A DNA stretch of 57,330 bases from the NCBI GenBank assembly GCA_964641125.1, contig CAZXMO010000007.1, positions 3,902 through 61,231 of the forward strand. The letters are read 5' to 3'. How positions within the stretch are numbered: the first letter of the stretch is position 1; each line of letters starts with the position of its first letter. A program made the position numbers and the translations under genes. This document shows, in pieces, positions 28,912 to 39,099 of the stretch. A model generated the notes under the pieces. It was not told where the DNA came from. It saw nothing but the letters and a program-made list of their open reading frames with translations, and ran no database searches. Source of the DNA: an uncultured Spirochaetales bacterium (GTDB lineage: Bacteria; Spirochaetota; Spirochaetia; SPDA01; CAZSGZ01).

Positions 28912-30338
28912 CGAAAAGGAAGATTTTCCGTATCGGTATTGCGCTGGCCCTTTTCTCCGCCGCGGCAGGGGTCTACCCTCAAGACGCCGATTCCCTCGAC
29001 TCGGAGCTAGGTGATCTCGCCCGGATCCTCGATGAGGAGTACCGGGTGACCGAGGAGGACCTCGAATCTCTCGAAGAGCTTTCCGGAAGCCTCGAGGGGA
29101 CGGTCTATACCGATTTAGCCCGGGAGGCGGAGATGCTGCTCCTCGTTGCCGAGGAAAAGTATGCCCTGCAGCATCTCCCCCGAGGTGAAACTGTGCCGTC
29201 ACCACTCGAGGGTGTGAGTTTCGGCGGGATCGAGGTAGAAGAGGGAGGATACAGCCCCGCGGTCGTATTGGGGCTCACCCTCGGCACCTCATTCCTCTCC
29301 TTGGGCGCATACAATCTCTTTACCCATTTCTCGAATGTCGCTTACGACAGGTACATCACCACGACATCCCCTTCCGACGCCGCGGCCCTCCAGTCGGCTT
29401 GGCGGGTGTACGACGGCCTCGGGACGGCGAGTCTCGTGGTTTCGGCGGCGGCCTTCGTGAGTGCGATCCCCTTCCTGATCAATACGATAAACGCACCCCC
29501 TGCGGGAGATTTTACCTCCTTCTCCGTGAAAGAGCTCGAAGAATACCGGAACGACCGGATCGAAAACCTTCCCCGGGTGGATAGGAGGATCGGCCGCAAC
29601 CGGAACTTTACCGAAGCCGCCGCGGGCGTCGGATTCGGACTGGCGGCTATCTCCTGGATCCCCTTCGTCATGGCGGATGTCGTGGACGGACGACGAGAGC
29701 GCATATCTTCGGGGGATCCCTACGCGGATAGTTTCGAAACCTTCGACACGATTTACGAAATAACCGGAGGGGCCCTGGGGGGGCTTGCCCTCACGTCCCT
29801 CGTGACCGGACTGGTTTCGGTAGCGGCGAAGCCCGATTTGGGCCGCTATACCGGGGAGATCGAGAAGATAGATGCCGAGCTCGCAGCGCGTACCCCGGGC
29901 GACGAAGAATACGAGCGGCTCAGGCGATCGTACCTGATCGGCCGGATCGAACATCTGAAAAGACTTAAGGCGGAGGCGAGGGAAGAACTCCTCGATGCCA
30001 AGTCGGGCGAGCGTTTGAGCAAGGGGGCCGTCTACACCATGCTCGGGTTCGGACTGGCGTCCTTGGGCGGGATGACCGGGGGACTTATCGCGGGGAACAC
30101 CTACTGGGAGCGGTATCTGGCCGATCCGGGCGGCCCCGACGCCACGGGGAATCTGAGGAAGATGGACGGCATGAACATACTGGCCAATGTAATGGCGTTG
30201 ACCGCGGGGGCGAGCTTGAGCTCTTCGGTTATCATCGCCTTCGTGAGGCCGAAACCGAAGGAGCTAAACCGGCGGATCAGGGAGCTCGACGATGCGATTC
30301 TCCAGCTCGAACGGGAATTGGCTGCTATTTCGAGGTGA
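28908..30338 (+). CDS. Hypothetical membrane protein (signal peptide, several TM segments, C-terminal coiled coil)
   Basis: Overlaps the upstream gene by ATGA. Hydrophobic segments and Gly-rich TM helices. No recognisable catalytic motif. Confidence 0.6.
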   Translation: MTKRKIFRIGIALALFSAAAGVYPQDADSLDSELGDLARILDEEYRVTEEDLESLEELSGSLEGTVYTDLAREAEMLLLVAEEKYALQHLPRGETVPSPLEGVSFGGIEVEEGGYSPAVVLGLTLGTSFLSLGAYNLFTHFSNVAYDRYITTTSPSDAAALQSAWRVYDGLGTASLVVSAAAFVSAIPFLINTINAPPAGDFTSFSVKELEEYRNDRIENLPRVDRRIGRNRNFTEAAAGVGFGLAAISWIPFVMADVVDGRRERISSGDPYADSFETFDTIYEITGGALGGLALTSLVTGLVSVAAKPDLGRYTGEIEKIDAELAARTPGDEEYERLRRSYLIGRIEHLKRLKAEAREELLDAKSGERLSKGAVYTMLGFGLASLGGMTGGLIAGNTYWERYLADPGGPDATGNLRKMDGMNILANVMALTAGASLSSSVIIAFVRPKPKELNRRIRELDDAILQLERELAAISR

Positions 30339-32001
30339 GGATCTCGACGCCCGTCCAGTCTTCGGGGGGCGGTGAGCTTATATACCTCCGGCTCCGTTCG
30401 ATGAACATCTGCGAGAGATAATCATCGGGGATGCGTTTTTTACAGTTCTCGAAGAACCGGACAGCCCGTTTGAAATCCCGCCCATAGTACCATTTGAGAC
30501 CCTTGTGGTAGTCGGCCCAGGCCTCCCGTTCCGGATCGGTAAGGCTCTTTTGAGCGGTAAAGATCTTCTCTCCCATGGTCTTTCCCTTGACGACCACCCT
30601 GTCGATGAGCCTGCAGGGAAGTTCGCCCTTGACCTTCTGATAGACGCTGTTGGAAAAGATAACGTCCTGCTTGTACGGTTTGGTAAGCCCTTCGAGGCGG
30701 CTTCCGAGGTTGACCATGTCCCCGATCACGGTGTAGTCCATTTTTTTCTCACTGCCGATGTTCCCCACCGTCACCACCCCGTAGTTGATACCGATTCCGG
30801 TAATGAAGGCGGGCCTTCCGTCGGCCTGCTGCTGCCGGTTGAACTCTTTCAAGGCCTCCTGCATCTCTAAGGCGGCGAAGACCGACTGCAGGGCGTCGTC
30901 GGGGTGTTTCACCGGAGCTCCGAAGAAGGCCATAATAGCGTCGCCGATGTATTTGTCGATAACCCCGCCGTGCTCCATGATGATGTCCACCATTATCTCG
31001 AAGTAGCGGTTGAGGGCGGCGACCAGCTCGTCGGGCATGAACCCCTCCGATATAGTGGTAAAGCTCCGGATGTCGGAAAAGAGGATCGCTAAGACCCGGT
31101 TTTCTCCGACCAGCATCGATTCGGGATTGGAAAAAATGGTATCGATGACGTCGTTGGGAACGTACTTTTGAAAGATATTTCGGACCTTGTGCTCGTTCCG
31201 CTGGGCCATGACCGCCTTGAAAGCGAATCCCTTGATTTGCTGATAGGCCTTTTCGAGCTCCGCCACCATGATATTGAAGGTATTAGCTAGGTTGCCGATC
31301 TCGTCCCGATATTCAACGGCCACCCGCTGGGACAGATCGTTCTCCTCGATGATACCCCGCATGGTGCGGACCACCCGCTTGATGGGGCGGGTCAAGTAGC
31401 CTGCGAAAATCAGGAGGAGGATGACCGAAACCGCGACGGCGCCGCCTAAGATTATACCGCTCTGGAGAGTAATCTGCGTCACTTCCCGATAAAAGGCTTC
31501 CCGCTCTTCGCTGACGAAGAAGCTCCATCCGAAGGGCTCGTAGAAGAAGACGTCTCCTACCCGGGAAGTCCCGGCTAGGGAAAACTCGATCCACCCTTCC
31601 CGGGCGGTGTCGACCATCGCGGCGAGCCGGGCGAGCTCATCGGGCTCCGGATCCACATCCTGGGTAGAGAAGGTGATGTTTCCCCCGGTGTTCATGCCGA
31701 AAATGACCTCCGAACGGCTGCGGACGAGGGTCGCTGCATAAGATGCGACGGCGTTCTTCGATACCTGGACATATTCCTGTTGGTCGGCTAAATTGTTCTG
31801 GACTAAGAGGTTCCACTGGTTTTCGGCGTATTTGTTGAGCTCCTGCGATTTGAACCCGAGGAACTGCATGGCGATCCTCGTCAGACCGCTCCGTGCGCTC
31901 AGGGAAGAGACCGCGCCGGTAATGCCTAAGGATGCGATGAGGAGCGGCAGAACACTGAGGATGATCTTTGGACGTATGTTCACCTTATTATGGATCGGCA
32001 T
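30325..32001 (-). CDS. Class III adenylate/guanylate cyclase with periplasmic sensor domain and HAMP
   Basis: Cyclase core FSDIRSFTTISE...IGDAIMAFFGAP...GINYGVVTVGNIGS. Two TMs flank a periplasmic domain of about 280 aa, with a HAMP linker. The likely start is MPIHNK at 32001; the track ORF to 32175 would overlap the divergent neighbour. Confidence 0.8.
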   Translation of the reverse strand: MPIHNKVNIRPKIILSVLPLLIASLGITGAVSSLSARSGLTRIAMQFLGFKSQELNKYAENQWNLLVQNNLADQQEYVQVSKNAVASYAATLVRSRSEVIFGMNTGGNITFSTQDVDPEPDELARLAAMVDTAREGWIEFSLAGTSRVGDVFFYEPFGWSFFVSEEREAFYREVTQITLQSGIILGGAVAVSVILLLIFAGYLTRPIKRVVRTMRGIIEENDLSQRVAVEYRDEIGNLANTFNIMVAELEKAYQQIKGFAFKAVMAQRNEHKVRNIFQKYVPNDVIDTIFSNPESMLVGENRVLAILFSDIRSFTTISEGFMPDELVAALNRYFEIMVDIIMEHGGVIDKYIGDAIMAFFGAPVKHPDDALQSVFAALEMQEALKEFNRQQQADGRPAFITGIGINYGVVTVGNIGSEKKMDYTVIGDMVNLGSRLEGLTKPYKQDVIFSNSVYQKVKGELPCRLIDRVVVKGKTMGEKIFTAQKSLTDPEREAWADYHKGLKWYYGRDFKRAVRFFENCKKRIPDDYLSQMFIERSRRYISSPPPEDWTGVEILTSK

Positions 32002-32057
32002 ATTACCGGAGTGAATTAGTGCATTTTTTCCCCGTCTTTGCCGATCATTGTAGAGAA

Positions 32058-34092
32058 TATGAGTGACGGACCTATTTACACCCCCCAGCAGGACCAAAAC
32101 GGCGATTTTTCCTTTGTAGACGATGCGAACGTTACCGAAGAGGACCGGAAAGAGATCCTCGAGCAGATCGATCACGTCGTCGAGACGAATAGGATCCCGG
32201 TTACCGGGGAAATGTTTAGGCTCAAGGCCAAGCGGGGCGGGGGCCTCTTTCCCCTCCTTATGAACGTCATCCTGCTCGCCCTTGCCGCCGGGGGGATTTT
32301 CTACGCCTTCCGTTACTTCGAGACCCGTCAGGCATCATTATCCGAGGAGAGTCAGGGTTATCTCTCTACCGAAGGGCGGCTCATCGAGGAGATGAGGCGG
32401 GAATCGGAGGCCCGGCTCAGACAGAAGGAAATGGAGATAAGCCGGATCAGTCAGGAGCTCGACGAGCTCGACAGGCAGAGCCGGGAGCTCCGGCAGTCCA
32501 TGGAGGAGCGGATCGAAAGCCGCGAGGCGGAGCTTCGCTCCCGTCTCGAAACGGAGCTCGAGGCCGAAAGGCGGCGCCTTCAGGCCCGGGGCGTATCCCA
32601 GGAGGACATAAGCGAGCGCCTCGATATCCTCGAGCAGCAGCGCTTGGACGAGGCCCAAGACGAGCTCGAAGAGTTCCGCGCGGAAGCCCAGGCCGAGATA
32701 CGCCTACGGGAACAGGAGCTCGCCGAGGCCCGGGTCTTGGCGGAGGAAATACTCGAAGAGGCCGGCGCGGAGAGGGAACAGCTTCGACGGGAGGCCCTTG
32801 AGCGTGAGGAGGAGCTTCGTGCCCAGTTCCAAACCGAACGTCAAGAGCTCGAAACCCGATCCACCGAGGCGGAGGAGCGTTTGCGGGAGCTTACGGCGCT
32901 GCGCGAACGGGAATCCTTGGTGAACGACCAGATAACCGGGGCCTATTCATCGGTTATCGAGAAAATTCGGGAAGGCGATATAGATACCGCCTTGTCCGAG
33001 CTCGACAACTTGAGAGAGTTCCTCAATACCCCGAATATTCGGACCCTGCCGGCGGTCGCCGACCGGCGGAGGGTGGAGCTCTTTATAATCGATAACTTAC
33101 GGGAAAACCTCGAGGCCCAAGCGGCGCCGGCGGAGACCCGGGACGCTTCGCTCCTGGATGCCGCCAATCTGGTGATAAACGCCCGGGAAATCGTTAACCG
33201 GGGAAACGCCGCCCGGGAGGAAGGGCGGCTCGAGGAAGCCGAGCGGATCTATACCCGCGCCCTCGAAACTATCCCCGAGATGAACGCGGCCTACACGTCG
33301 CTGCGTTCCATCGAAGAAAACCGCACCGCCGGAGCCATCCGCGGCCGTATCGAAGCCGCGGAGGAGCTGCGAGGGGAGATCGCCGCCCGGGAAGAGAGGA
33401 TAAGCGCACTCCGGGCCGAACTTGCGGAAGCTAGACAAAACCTCGCCGATGCCGGGGAAACTCTTGAAGAGGCCCGGTCGAGGATATCCGCTCTTACCGA
33501 AGCGGCCGAAACCGATGAAGAAGCGGTAAGCGGGCTTAGGTCCCGCATCGAGGAACTCCAGGAGGAGCTGAGGCTGGCCCGGGCCGCGGAGGCAACCCGC
33601 CCCGAAACAATCGAAGCCGATCCCGAAGAGGTGAACGCGGCGGTGGAGAACGCCCGGGAAGAGGCCTACGGGACGGTCCTGGATTATTTAGGCTACGTAA
33701 GCGGGACCGAGAGCGAGCGTATCCGGACACAGCTCGAGCGGCAGGCGGAAGAGGACAGGCTCTTCCGCAGCGTCGTCGACCGCCTTCAGGGGATCCTCGA
33801 GGCGGGAGCGGCGGAGGCCCGGCTCATCCAGATAGAAGAAACCAGGCTCATCGGAACGGTCAGCTCCGTCGCCGCGGGCAGGATAGTCATCGAGCCCTTA
33901 GTGACGGTCCCCATCGCCGAGGGGAACACGGTTATCATAAAGCGGCGCACCGCTTCGGGCGAAGTGCCGGTGGCAACCGGCGAGGTCTACGACGTTTCCG
34001 CCGGACGGATCGCCGCGAACCTGGTCTCCCGCCTCTCCACCGAGCGGAGCCCCATGGTGATGGATTTAGTGTACATGGAGATGCCGGAATAG
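32058..34092 (+). CDS. Large coiled-coil protein with N-terminal TM anchor (E/R/A/L-rich)
   Basis: About 600 aa of heptad-like E/R/A/L sequence after the TM LFPLLMNVILLALAAGGIFYAF, ending in a compact beta-rich C-terminal domain. The start is either 32038 or 32058. Confidence 0.6.
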
Positions 34093-34121
34093 CTTCCCGC
34101 GGTTCCGCGGATGCAATCATT

Positions 34122-35231
34122 TTAAGTACCGTCTGCTCTCCGTTCGTAATAGGCGAATATAGTGATGGTTTCATCGACGTGCTTTGCCGCCTGATAGGGG
34201 AGGTCTATAGCCCGATAGCTCTCGAAATTTCTGATCTCCTTCTCAGTCACCATGGCATCTGTTGTAAAAATAATCACACGATACCATTCTAAAGGATCAA
34301 TCGATCCCCCCGGGATGATGAACTGAGATGTAGTCTGGGGGGAGTAGGAAACCTCCGTGTGAACGAGAACCTCGGGCTGGGTTTCGTCGTAGAGGATGAT
34401 TCCCACCGTGACCACTTCCGGGGCATTCCCGCTTATCCAATCCACGGGAGATCCGTCTGAGAGGGGATCGTCGTCGTTAGGAGGTGCGGTGATCTCCGGA
34501 GTAAAGGTAGGATCGGAGAGGAAATCGATGGAATCGTAGGAGGTTAAGGCCGTACCTTTCGTATCTTCGAGAATCAACGAATAGTCACCGGTTTCGACAT
34601 AACCGGGTCTAAAGAAATCGACGGAGGCGTCGTGGACGTTGAAATGAACTTCGTCGAAGGAGCTTTTCGAGCCGGCAGTTACGTTGAGACCTTCGGGGTA
34701 GGTGAGCTGGACCCAGGATGCAGTATGGAAAGAACCGTAGGCGATTGATCGTGTTCCTACATCGAGATTTGTCATGCCGATTCTCCGTCCTGCGGTAATG
34801 AAGGTCTCGAATTCCGTAACTTCTATTGAAGGCTCAAATTGTGATGAGCTTGAAGTTATGCTGAAGTCAAACGAATCACCGGTATACTCCGCTGTAATCC
34901 GGCTAGTTACCGTATCTCCCGGTACGGATTCGACGGTAAACTGCCTTTCTCCGAGGATGTTCTCCCCTTCAAAAACCGATACCGTGACTGTCCATATTCC
35001 CCTAAACGTTCCGGAAAAGACCGCGGAACCGGAATCGGAGTTGTCAAACCTTACGGTCTGGTCGAGGGCTTTTTCGCTCGATGAATGGTCGAGTCTCAGC
35101 TCGACTTCGGTTTCGGGTCCCGCAGCGTAATCCTTCAGTTCTACAAAGAATGCAAGATTTCCTTCCGGCGAAAGTGAACAGTTTAGAAAAAGAATCGTAA
35201 GAAAGGGTATTCCCGAAATGAACAGGAGCAT
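34122..35231 (-). CDS. Lipoprotein, member A of a tandem paralogous family
   Basis: Lipobox LFLNCS. Its central region (GIWTVTVSVFEGENILGERQFTVESVPGDTVTS) is paralogous to the two upstream genes. Confidence 0.7.
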   Translation of the reverse strand: MLLFISGIPFLTILFLNCSLSPEGNLAFFVELKDYAAGPETEVELRLDHSSSEKALDQTVRFDNSDSGSAVFSGTFRGIWTVTVSVFEGENILGERQFTVESVPGDTVTSRITAEYTGDSFDFSITSSSSQFEPSIEVTEFETFITAGRRIGMTNLDVGTRSIAYGSFHTASWVQLTYPEGLNVTAGSKSSFDEVHFNVHDASVDFFRPGYVETGDYSLILEDTKGTALTSYDSIDFLSDPTFTPEITAPPNDDDPLSDGSPVDWISGNAPEVVTVGIILYDETQPEVLVHTEVSYSPQTTSQFIIPGGSIDPLEWYRVIIFTTDAMVTEKEIRNFESYRAIDLPYQAAKHVDETITIFAYYERRADGT

Positions 35232-35266
35232 CGATGATCGGAATAGCTTCCTTCTGCACTCTCCCA

Positions 35267-36400
35267 TTATGATCCCGTTACATTTAGCCGTGCAACTCCG
35301 ACGTAATCGATGTCGCTGTCGTAATCCCGGAGAATCCGTGTAATAATGCCGTTCCATCCATCCGCGTTGGCCGTGATTTCACCGTACACGGCGGGGGATA
35401 TTTGGGTATCCGTGAAAAGGATAAATAGTTCATAATTCGACCCCGGCATAGTCGGGGCGGTTGTGTCCGTTACCGCTACACCGGGTATTTCGTTGGCGTG
35501 CCATACGGGGGCTGCGTAATCCTCTATACCGAAAACATAGGTATAGGTTATATGACCGACACTTCCGTGATTCCAATTAATAGCTCCTCCTGCAAATGTA
35601 CCTCCGTCCGTGGGGAAGGTCACATTAGGAGCCGATGCCTCGTTCAGATCCACATCCACCTCATATGTTCCGGAGCGAGTAGTATGATTGATATCGTATA
35701 GGCTGACCGTGTAGGTGCCGGCGATTTCGTCGTTCCCGGTGCTCCGTGAAGCCCACATTTCAGTATCATCGACCCGGTACGAATAGCCAAAACTCCTGCT
35801 TGTTGCAATATCGAGGAGAGTACCGTCGGGAAAAAGAACGCTTCCGCCTATTGCCGATCCGAAGCTCCCCGGTGCGGTCACCTGGGTCCACATATCGGGA
35901 TCTGTAGCGGAATCGTCCCACATCCGCCTCTCTTCGACGATAACTGCGTTCATATCGGTAAACTCTATGGCGGTATCGGAACCGGATATTGATACGGAAT
36001 CGATGAAGGTGATGCTGTCCGTAGCGCTCTCATAGGTTCCGGTGATCGTGACGCTCGAAGTTTCTCCCGGCAGCACCTCAACCGCCACGGTGTGACTATC
36101 CACCGCGGTCGAACCGTCCATGAAGGCGGCCGTCAGGTCCCACATGCCCGGCTCGAGCTCCTGGAACCGACCTTCCGCGTAGTTACTCGAGTCGGCGGGG
36201 ATGGACCGGGATATATAGCCTTCTCCGTCCGTTTTATCCACGGTAAAAAGGACTGAGGTATCGGTCCCTCCGGCGTATCCCGATACCTCGAGGGAGCTCG
36301 TCACCGTGCCGAGATGATCGGTGATCCCGGGGATGCAGCCGGCAAGGAATAGGAAAAGAAAGAAAATGGGCAAAAGTGCGTAGAGCGGTACGCGTTTCAT
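35267..36400 (-). CDS. Lipoprotein, member B of the tandem paralogous family
   Basis: Lipobox FLAGCI. Paralogous block GMWDLTAAFMDGSTAVDSHTVAVEVLPGETSSVTITGTY. Confidence 0.7.
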   Translation of the reverse strand: MKRVPLYALLPIFFLFLFLAGCIPGITDHLGTVTSSLEVSGYAGGTDTSVLFTVDKTDGEGYISRSIPADSSNYAEGRFQELEPGMWDLTAAFMDGSTAVDSHTVAVEVLPGETSSVTITGTYESATDSITFIDSVSISGSDTAIEFTDMNAVIVEERRMWDDSATDPDMWTQVTAPGSFGSAIGGSVLFPDGTLLDIATSRSFGYSYRVDDTEMWASRSTGNDEIAGTYTVSLYDINHTTRSGTYEVDVDLNEASAPNVTFPTDGGTFAGGAINWNHGSVGHITYTYVFGIEDYAAPVWHANEIPGVAVTDTTAPTMPGSNYELFILFTDTQISPAVYGEITANADGWNGIITRILRDYDSDIDYVGVARLNVTGS

Positions 36401-36412
36401 ACTCTATTACTC

Positions 36413-37546
36413 CTATGGTCTGGTCACCCGAATTTCGTGATACGCGAAAACATTTATATTTTCGCCGGCGTGGAATGCCGTTTGAATAGGCAGACCTCCC
36501 GCTTCATAATTGTCGATTGCATCGAGCTCGGTGATGTCCAAATGAATATCCGTAGTTATAACGATTACGCGGTAGTCCCCCGCCGCCAGAGCCGGTAAGG
36601 GGCCGAAAGTGAATGCCAATCCCGGCGAATAAGCGACATCCGAAAAAACCGTCGTTTCCGGAGTCGTCTCGTCAAATACAACTATAGCTACCGTTTCCAG
36701 TTCGGGATAATCGACTAGATCTCCCGAGACGATAGCTCCATCAATAATATTTCCTCCGTCGGTGTGGCTCGTGATAACGGGAATGAAATCCGTCCCGGGA
36801 ACAAATGTGATCGTATCCGCCGCCGCCCTGCTCGCGCCGTTTATATCGGTTACCTCAAGAGAGCAGTTTCCCTCGAGCAGTTCGGACCTGCGGACCACAT
36901 CGATGTAACTGTCTTGGACGGACATATAAGCCCCTTCTATTAGATTCCGCGTCCCGGCGGAGACGGCGAACCCGTCGGGGAAGATGAACTCACCCCATGC
37001 GGCGGCGGTGAAGTTGCCGAAGGCCGCACCGCGGATCGATTCCTCCGGATCAGACATTCCAGGATTCCGCTGGATAGTCAAGAACGAATCCATCTCATAG
37101 ATTTCGAGATCGGTTGTAACTTCCGTCGAGCTCGTAGTAACCCCGAAGGTCATTCCCCCGCCGGAGTAGGTGCCCCGGACGGTGGTGGTCATCGTCTCCC
37201 CCGGAGAAGCGTCCACGGTGAACTCGGTGGCGCCTAAGAGGGTATCCCCGTCCTGCATCGACACCGAAACCGTCCAGGTACCCTCGTCGACGCCTGAGAA
37301 GAGGGCGTAGCCGTAGTTCGATCCGGAGAGCGCTAGGTTCTTCGAGAGGTTCCTGCCGGTCCCTCCGTGCCCGATGCTGACCCCGGCGCTGACGCCGTCC
37401 CCCGCCGGATACCCGTCGAGATAGAGGTTGAACACCATGTTGCCCGAGCTCAGGGAACACCCGGACATCGAAACGGCGCCGGCCGCTATGAACAGGAGAG
37501 CCGTCACCCCCGCCGGTAGAATTTTCTTTCTCATACCCGTCATCAC
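36413..37546 (-). CDS. Lipoprotein, member C of the tandem paralogous family
   Basis: Lipobox SMSGCS. Paralogous block GTWTVSVSMQDGDTLLGATEFTVDASPGETMTTTVRGTY. Confidence 0.7.
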   Translation of the reverse strand: MMTGMRKKILPAGVTALLFIAAGAVSMSGCSLSSGNMVFNLYLDGYPAGDGVSAGVSIGHGGTGRNLSKNLALSGSNYGYALFSGVDEGTWTVSVSMQDGDTLLGATEFTVDASPGETMTTTVRGTYSGGGMTFGVTTSSTEVTTDLEIYEMDSFLTIQRNPGMSDPEESIRGAAFGNFTAAAWGEFIFPDGFAVSAGTRNLIEGAYMSVQDSYIDVVRRSELLEGNCSLEVTDINGASRAAADTITFVPGTDFIPVITSHTDGGNIIDGAIVSGDLVDYPELETVAIVVFDETTPETTVFSDVAYSPGLAFTFGPLPALAAGDYRVIVITTDIHLDITELDAIDNYEAGGLPIQTAFHAGENINVFAYHEIRVTRP

Positions 37547-37558
37547 CGGTTCCTGTAT

Positions 37559-37951
37559 TTAGTGTACAACAAAATCATAGCTCTTATCCAGGAAAGGGAG
37601 TACATTGGTCGATGTTCCCCTTTGAGAGAGTACCGAAAAGCGGAGGGTGTAGGCTCCGGGGGCGAGCTCCCACCAGCCGAGACTTCCTTGGCTCGGGAGG
37701 ACCGCTTCCTCTTCGATGATAACTACGTCCTCCGGAAGAGAACGGCGGCTGATGGTTATCCGGCAGGCCTGTAATTCCGATTCACTCTGAAAGAGATAGT
37801 CTATGCTCACCTCATCGGGAAGATAATAGTCGGTTTGGATATCGACGTAGAGGAAGGGAATACTCGTGGTGCAGCCGGCCGCAATGAAGGCGAGGGCCGC
37901 GCAGCCGAGGAGTCCGAGGAACAGAGGTATTAGTGGGCGCCGGTTTTTCAT
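37559..37951 (-). CDS. Small lipoprotein (130 aa), first gene of the lipoprotein operon
   Basis: Signal MKNRRPLIPLFLGLLGCAALAFIAAGC. Separated from member C by 12 nt. Confidence 0.65.
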   Translation of the reverse strand: MKNRRPLIPLFLGLLGCAALAFIAAGCTTSIPFLYVDIQTDYYLPDEVSIDYLFQSESELQACRITISRRSLPEDVVIIEEEAVLPSQGSLGWWELAPGAYTLRFSVLSQRGTSTNVLPFLDKSYDFVVH

Positions 37952-38001
37952 CGAAATCTATTTAAACTATAGCACAGCAAATACGAGTGAAACAAGCGGA
38001 T

Positions 38002-38044
38002 AAAAAACCGGCCCTCCGGAGGTGTGATGCCTGGGGCCGGTTTT
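38002..38044. terminator. Bidirectional Rho-independent terminator (A6-CCGGCC...GGCCGG-T4)
   Basis: aaaaaaCCGGCCctccggaggtgtgatgcctggGGCCGGtttt lies between the end of the hsp20 operon and the start of the lipoprotein operon. Confidence 0.6.
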
Positions 38045-38071
38045 CGAATTGTTCTGTATAAGGGCGGGACG

Positions 38072-38443
38072 TTATTTACCCGTTTTTACCGCGATCTTTT
38101 TCGGCTTTTCCGCTTCCTTCAGCTGCAGGGAGACGGTGAGGATCCCGTTTTCCAGGGAGGCGTCGATCTTGTCCCGGTCGACGGTCTCGTCGAGGGTGTA
38201 GAGATGATAATAGTCCCCCTGTGTCCGTTCCCGGACCAGATAGTTTCCGTCGACGTCCGGGTCCCTCTTGTGCCCGATAATCTCGAGCTGATTGTTGTTC
38301 ACGTTGATGTCGAGATTACCCTTGTCGACGCCGGGCATCTCGAGGCGGAGGATGATTTTCCCATCGTCCTCGCATATATCGCATCGTCCCCTGAGCCGCT
38401 GCCGCTGCTGCTGTTCCGTGGTTAATTCTTTGTCCTTAGCCAT
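38072..38443 (-). CDS. Hsp20/alpha-crystallin family small heat-shock protein
   Basis: Alpha-crystallin domain pattern (...GILTVSLQLKEAEKPKKI). Confidence 0.85.
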   Translation of the reverse strand: MAKDKELTTEQQQRQRLRGRCDICEDDGKIILRLEMPGVDKGNLDINVNNNQLEIIGHKRDPDVDGNYLVRERTQGDYYHLYTLDETVDRDKIDASLENGILTVSLQLKEAEKPKKIAVKTGK

Positions 38444-38464
38444 ACTGTTCCTCCTTCCGGTTAA

Positions 38465-38923
38465 TTAATGGGCCTTGATACTGATCTGTTTAGGCTTTAT
38501 CTCTTCCCGTTTGGGAAGCTTCACTTCCAGAACTCCGCTGTTGAAGTCGGCCTCGACCTTGTTCGAATCGATTCCGGTGGGAAGGGCGATGGTCCGCTGG
38601 AACGAGCCCGACCAGCTCTCGCGGCGGTAGTACTGGGACTCTTCTTTTTTCGCTTCACCCTTCTTTTCGCCCTTGATGGTAAGGACGTCCTTAGTGACGG
38701 TGATGTCGAGGTCGTCGCCGGACACCCCGGGCAGGTCGCACATGACCACGAACTCATCCTTGGTCTCGACCATGTCGATGGCCGGTGAGATTGTACGATC
38801 GAAGATCCCCTGCTGAGGAGCGGGACCCCGGGTGCCGTTGAAGAGCTGATTGATATCGTCCTGGAGTCTGTCCAAGTCGTTGAAGGGATTGAAAAGATCG
38901 TTTCGCCATCTGATAAGTGCCAT
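38465..38923 (-). CDS. Hsp20/alpha-crystallin family small heat-shock protein (IbpA-like)
   Basis: DMVETKDEFVVMCDLPGV...GVLEVKLPK is the canonical sHSP core. An AGGAGG RBS precedes it. Confidence 0.85.
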   Translation of the reverse strand: MALIRWRNDLFNPFNDLDRLQDDINQLFNGTRGPAPQQGIFDRTISPAIDMVETKDEFVVMCDLPGVSGDDLDITVTKDVLTIKGEKKGEAKKEESQYYRRESWSGSFQRTIALPTGIDSNKVEADFNSGVLEVKLPKREEIKPKQISIKAH

Positions 38924-38964
38924 ATCGTTTACCTCCTATGCAAATATAGTCTTCATAAATTCCT

Positions 38965-38983
38965 AAGCAAGGAATGTGCCAAT
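38965..38983 (-). promoter_or_regulatory. Sigma-54 (RpoN) -24/-12 promoter driving the tandem hsp20 genes
   Basis: The minus strand reads TGGCAC-ATTCC-TTGCT, an exact fit to TGGCAC-N5-TTGCW. The GC of the -12 element lies about 44 nt upstream of the hsp20 ATG. Confidence 0.7.
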
Positions 38984-39084
38984 TATGATTGGACGAAGGT
39001 GTAAAATAAATACTTATATATCAAAGAATTATAGAGATGCCGGCGTGGGAGCGGGGGGGCCGGAGGCGGCGGCCTGGAAAATGT

Positions 39085-39099
39085 GTGTCAAAACGACAC
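39085..39099. promoter_or_regulatory. Inverted repeat GTGTC-AAAAC-GACAC, a candidate enhancer/activator site about 110 bp upstream of the sigma-54 promoter
   Basis: Perfect 5-bp arms with a 5-nt spacer in the divergent hsp20/gltA intergenic region. Confidence 0.3.

Noticed and set aside
34093-34121. CCGCGG-TT-CCGCGG palindrome between the convergent coiled-coil and lipoprotein genes
   Set aside because: The loop is too short and there is no T-tract. It is not a convincing intrinsic terminator.
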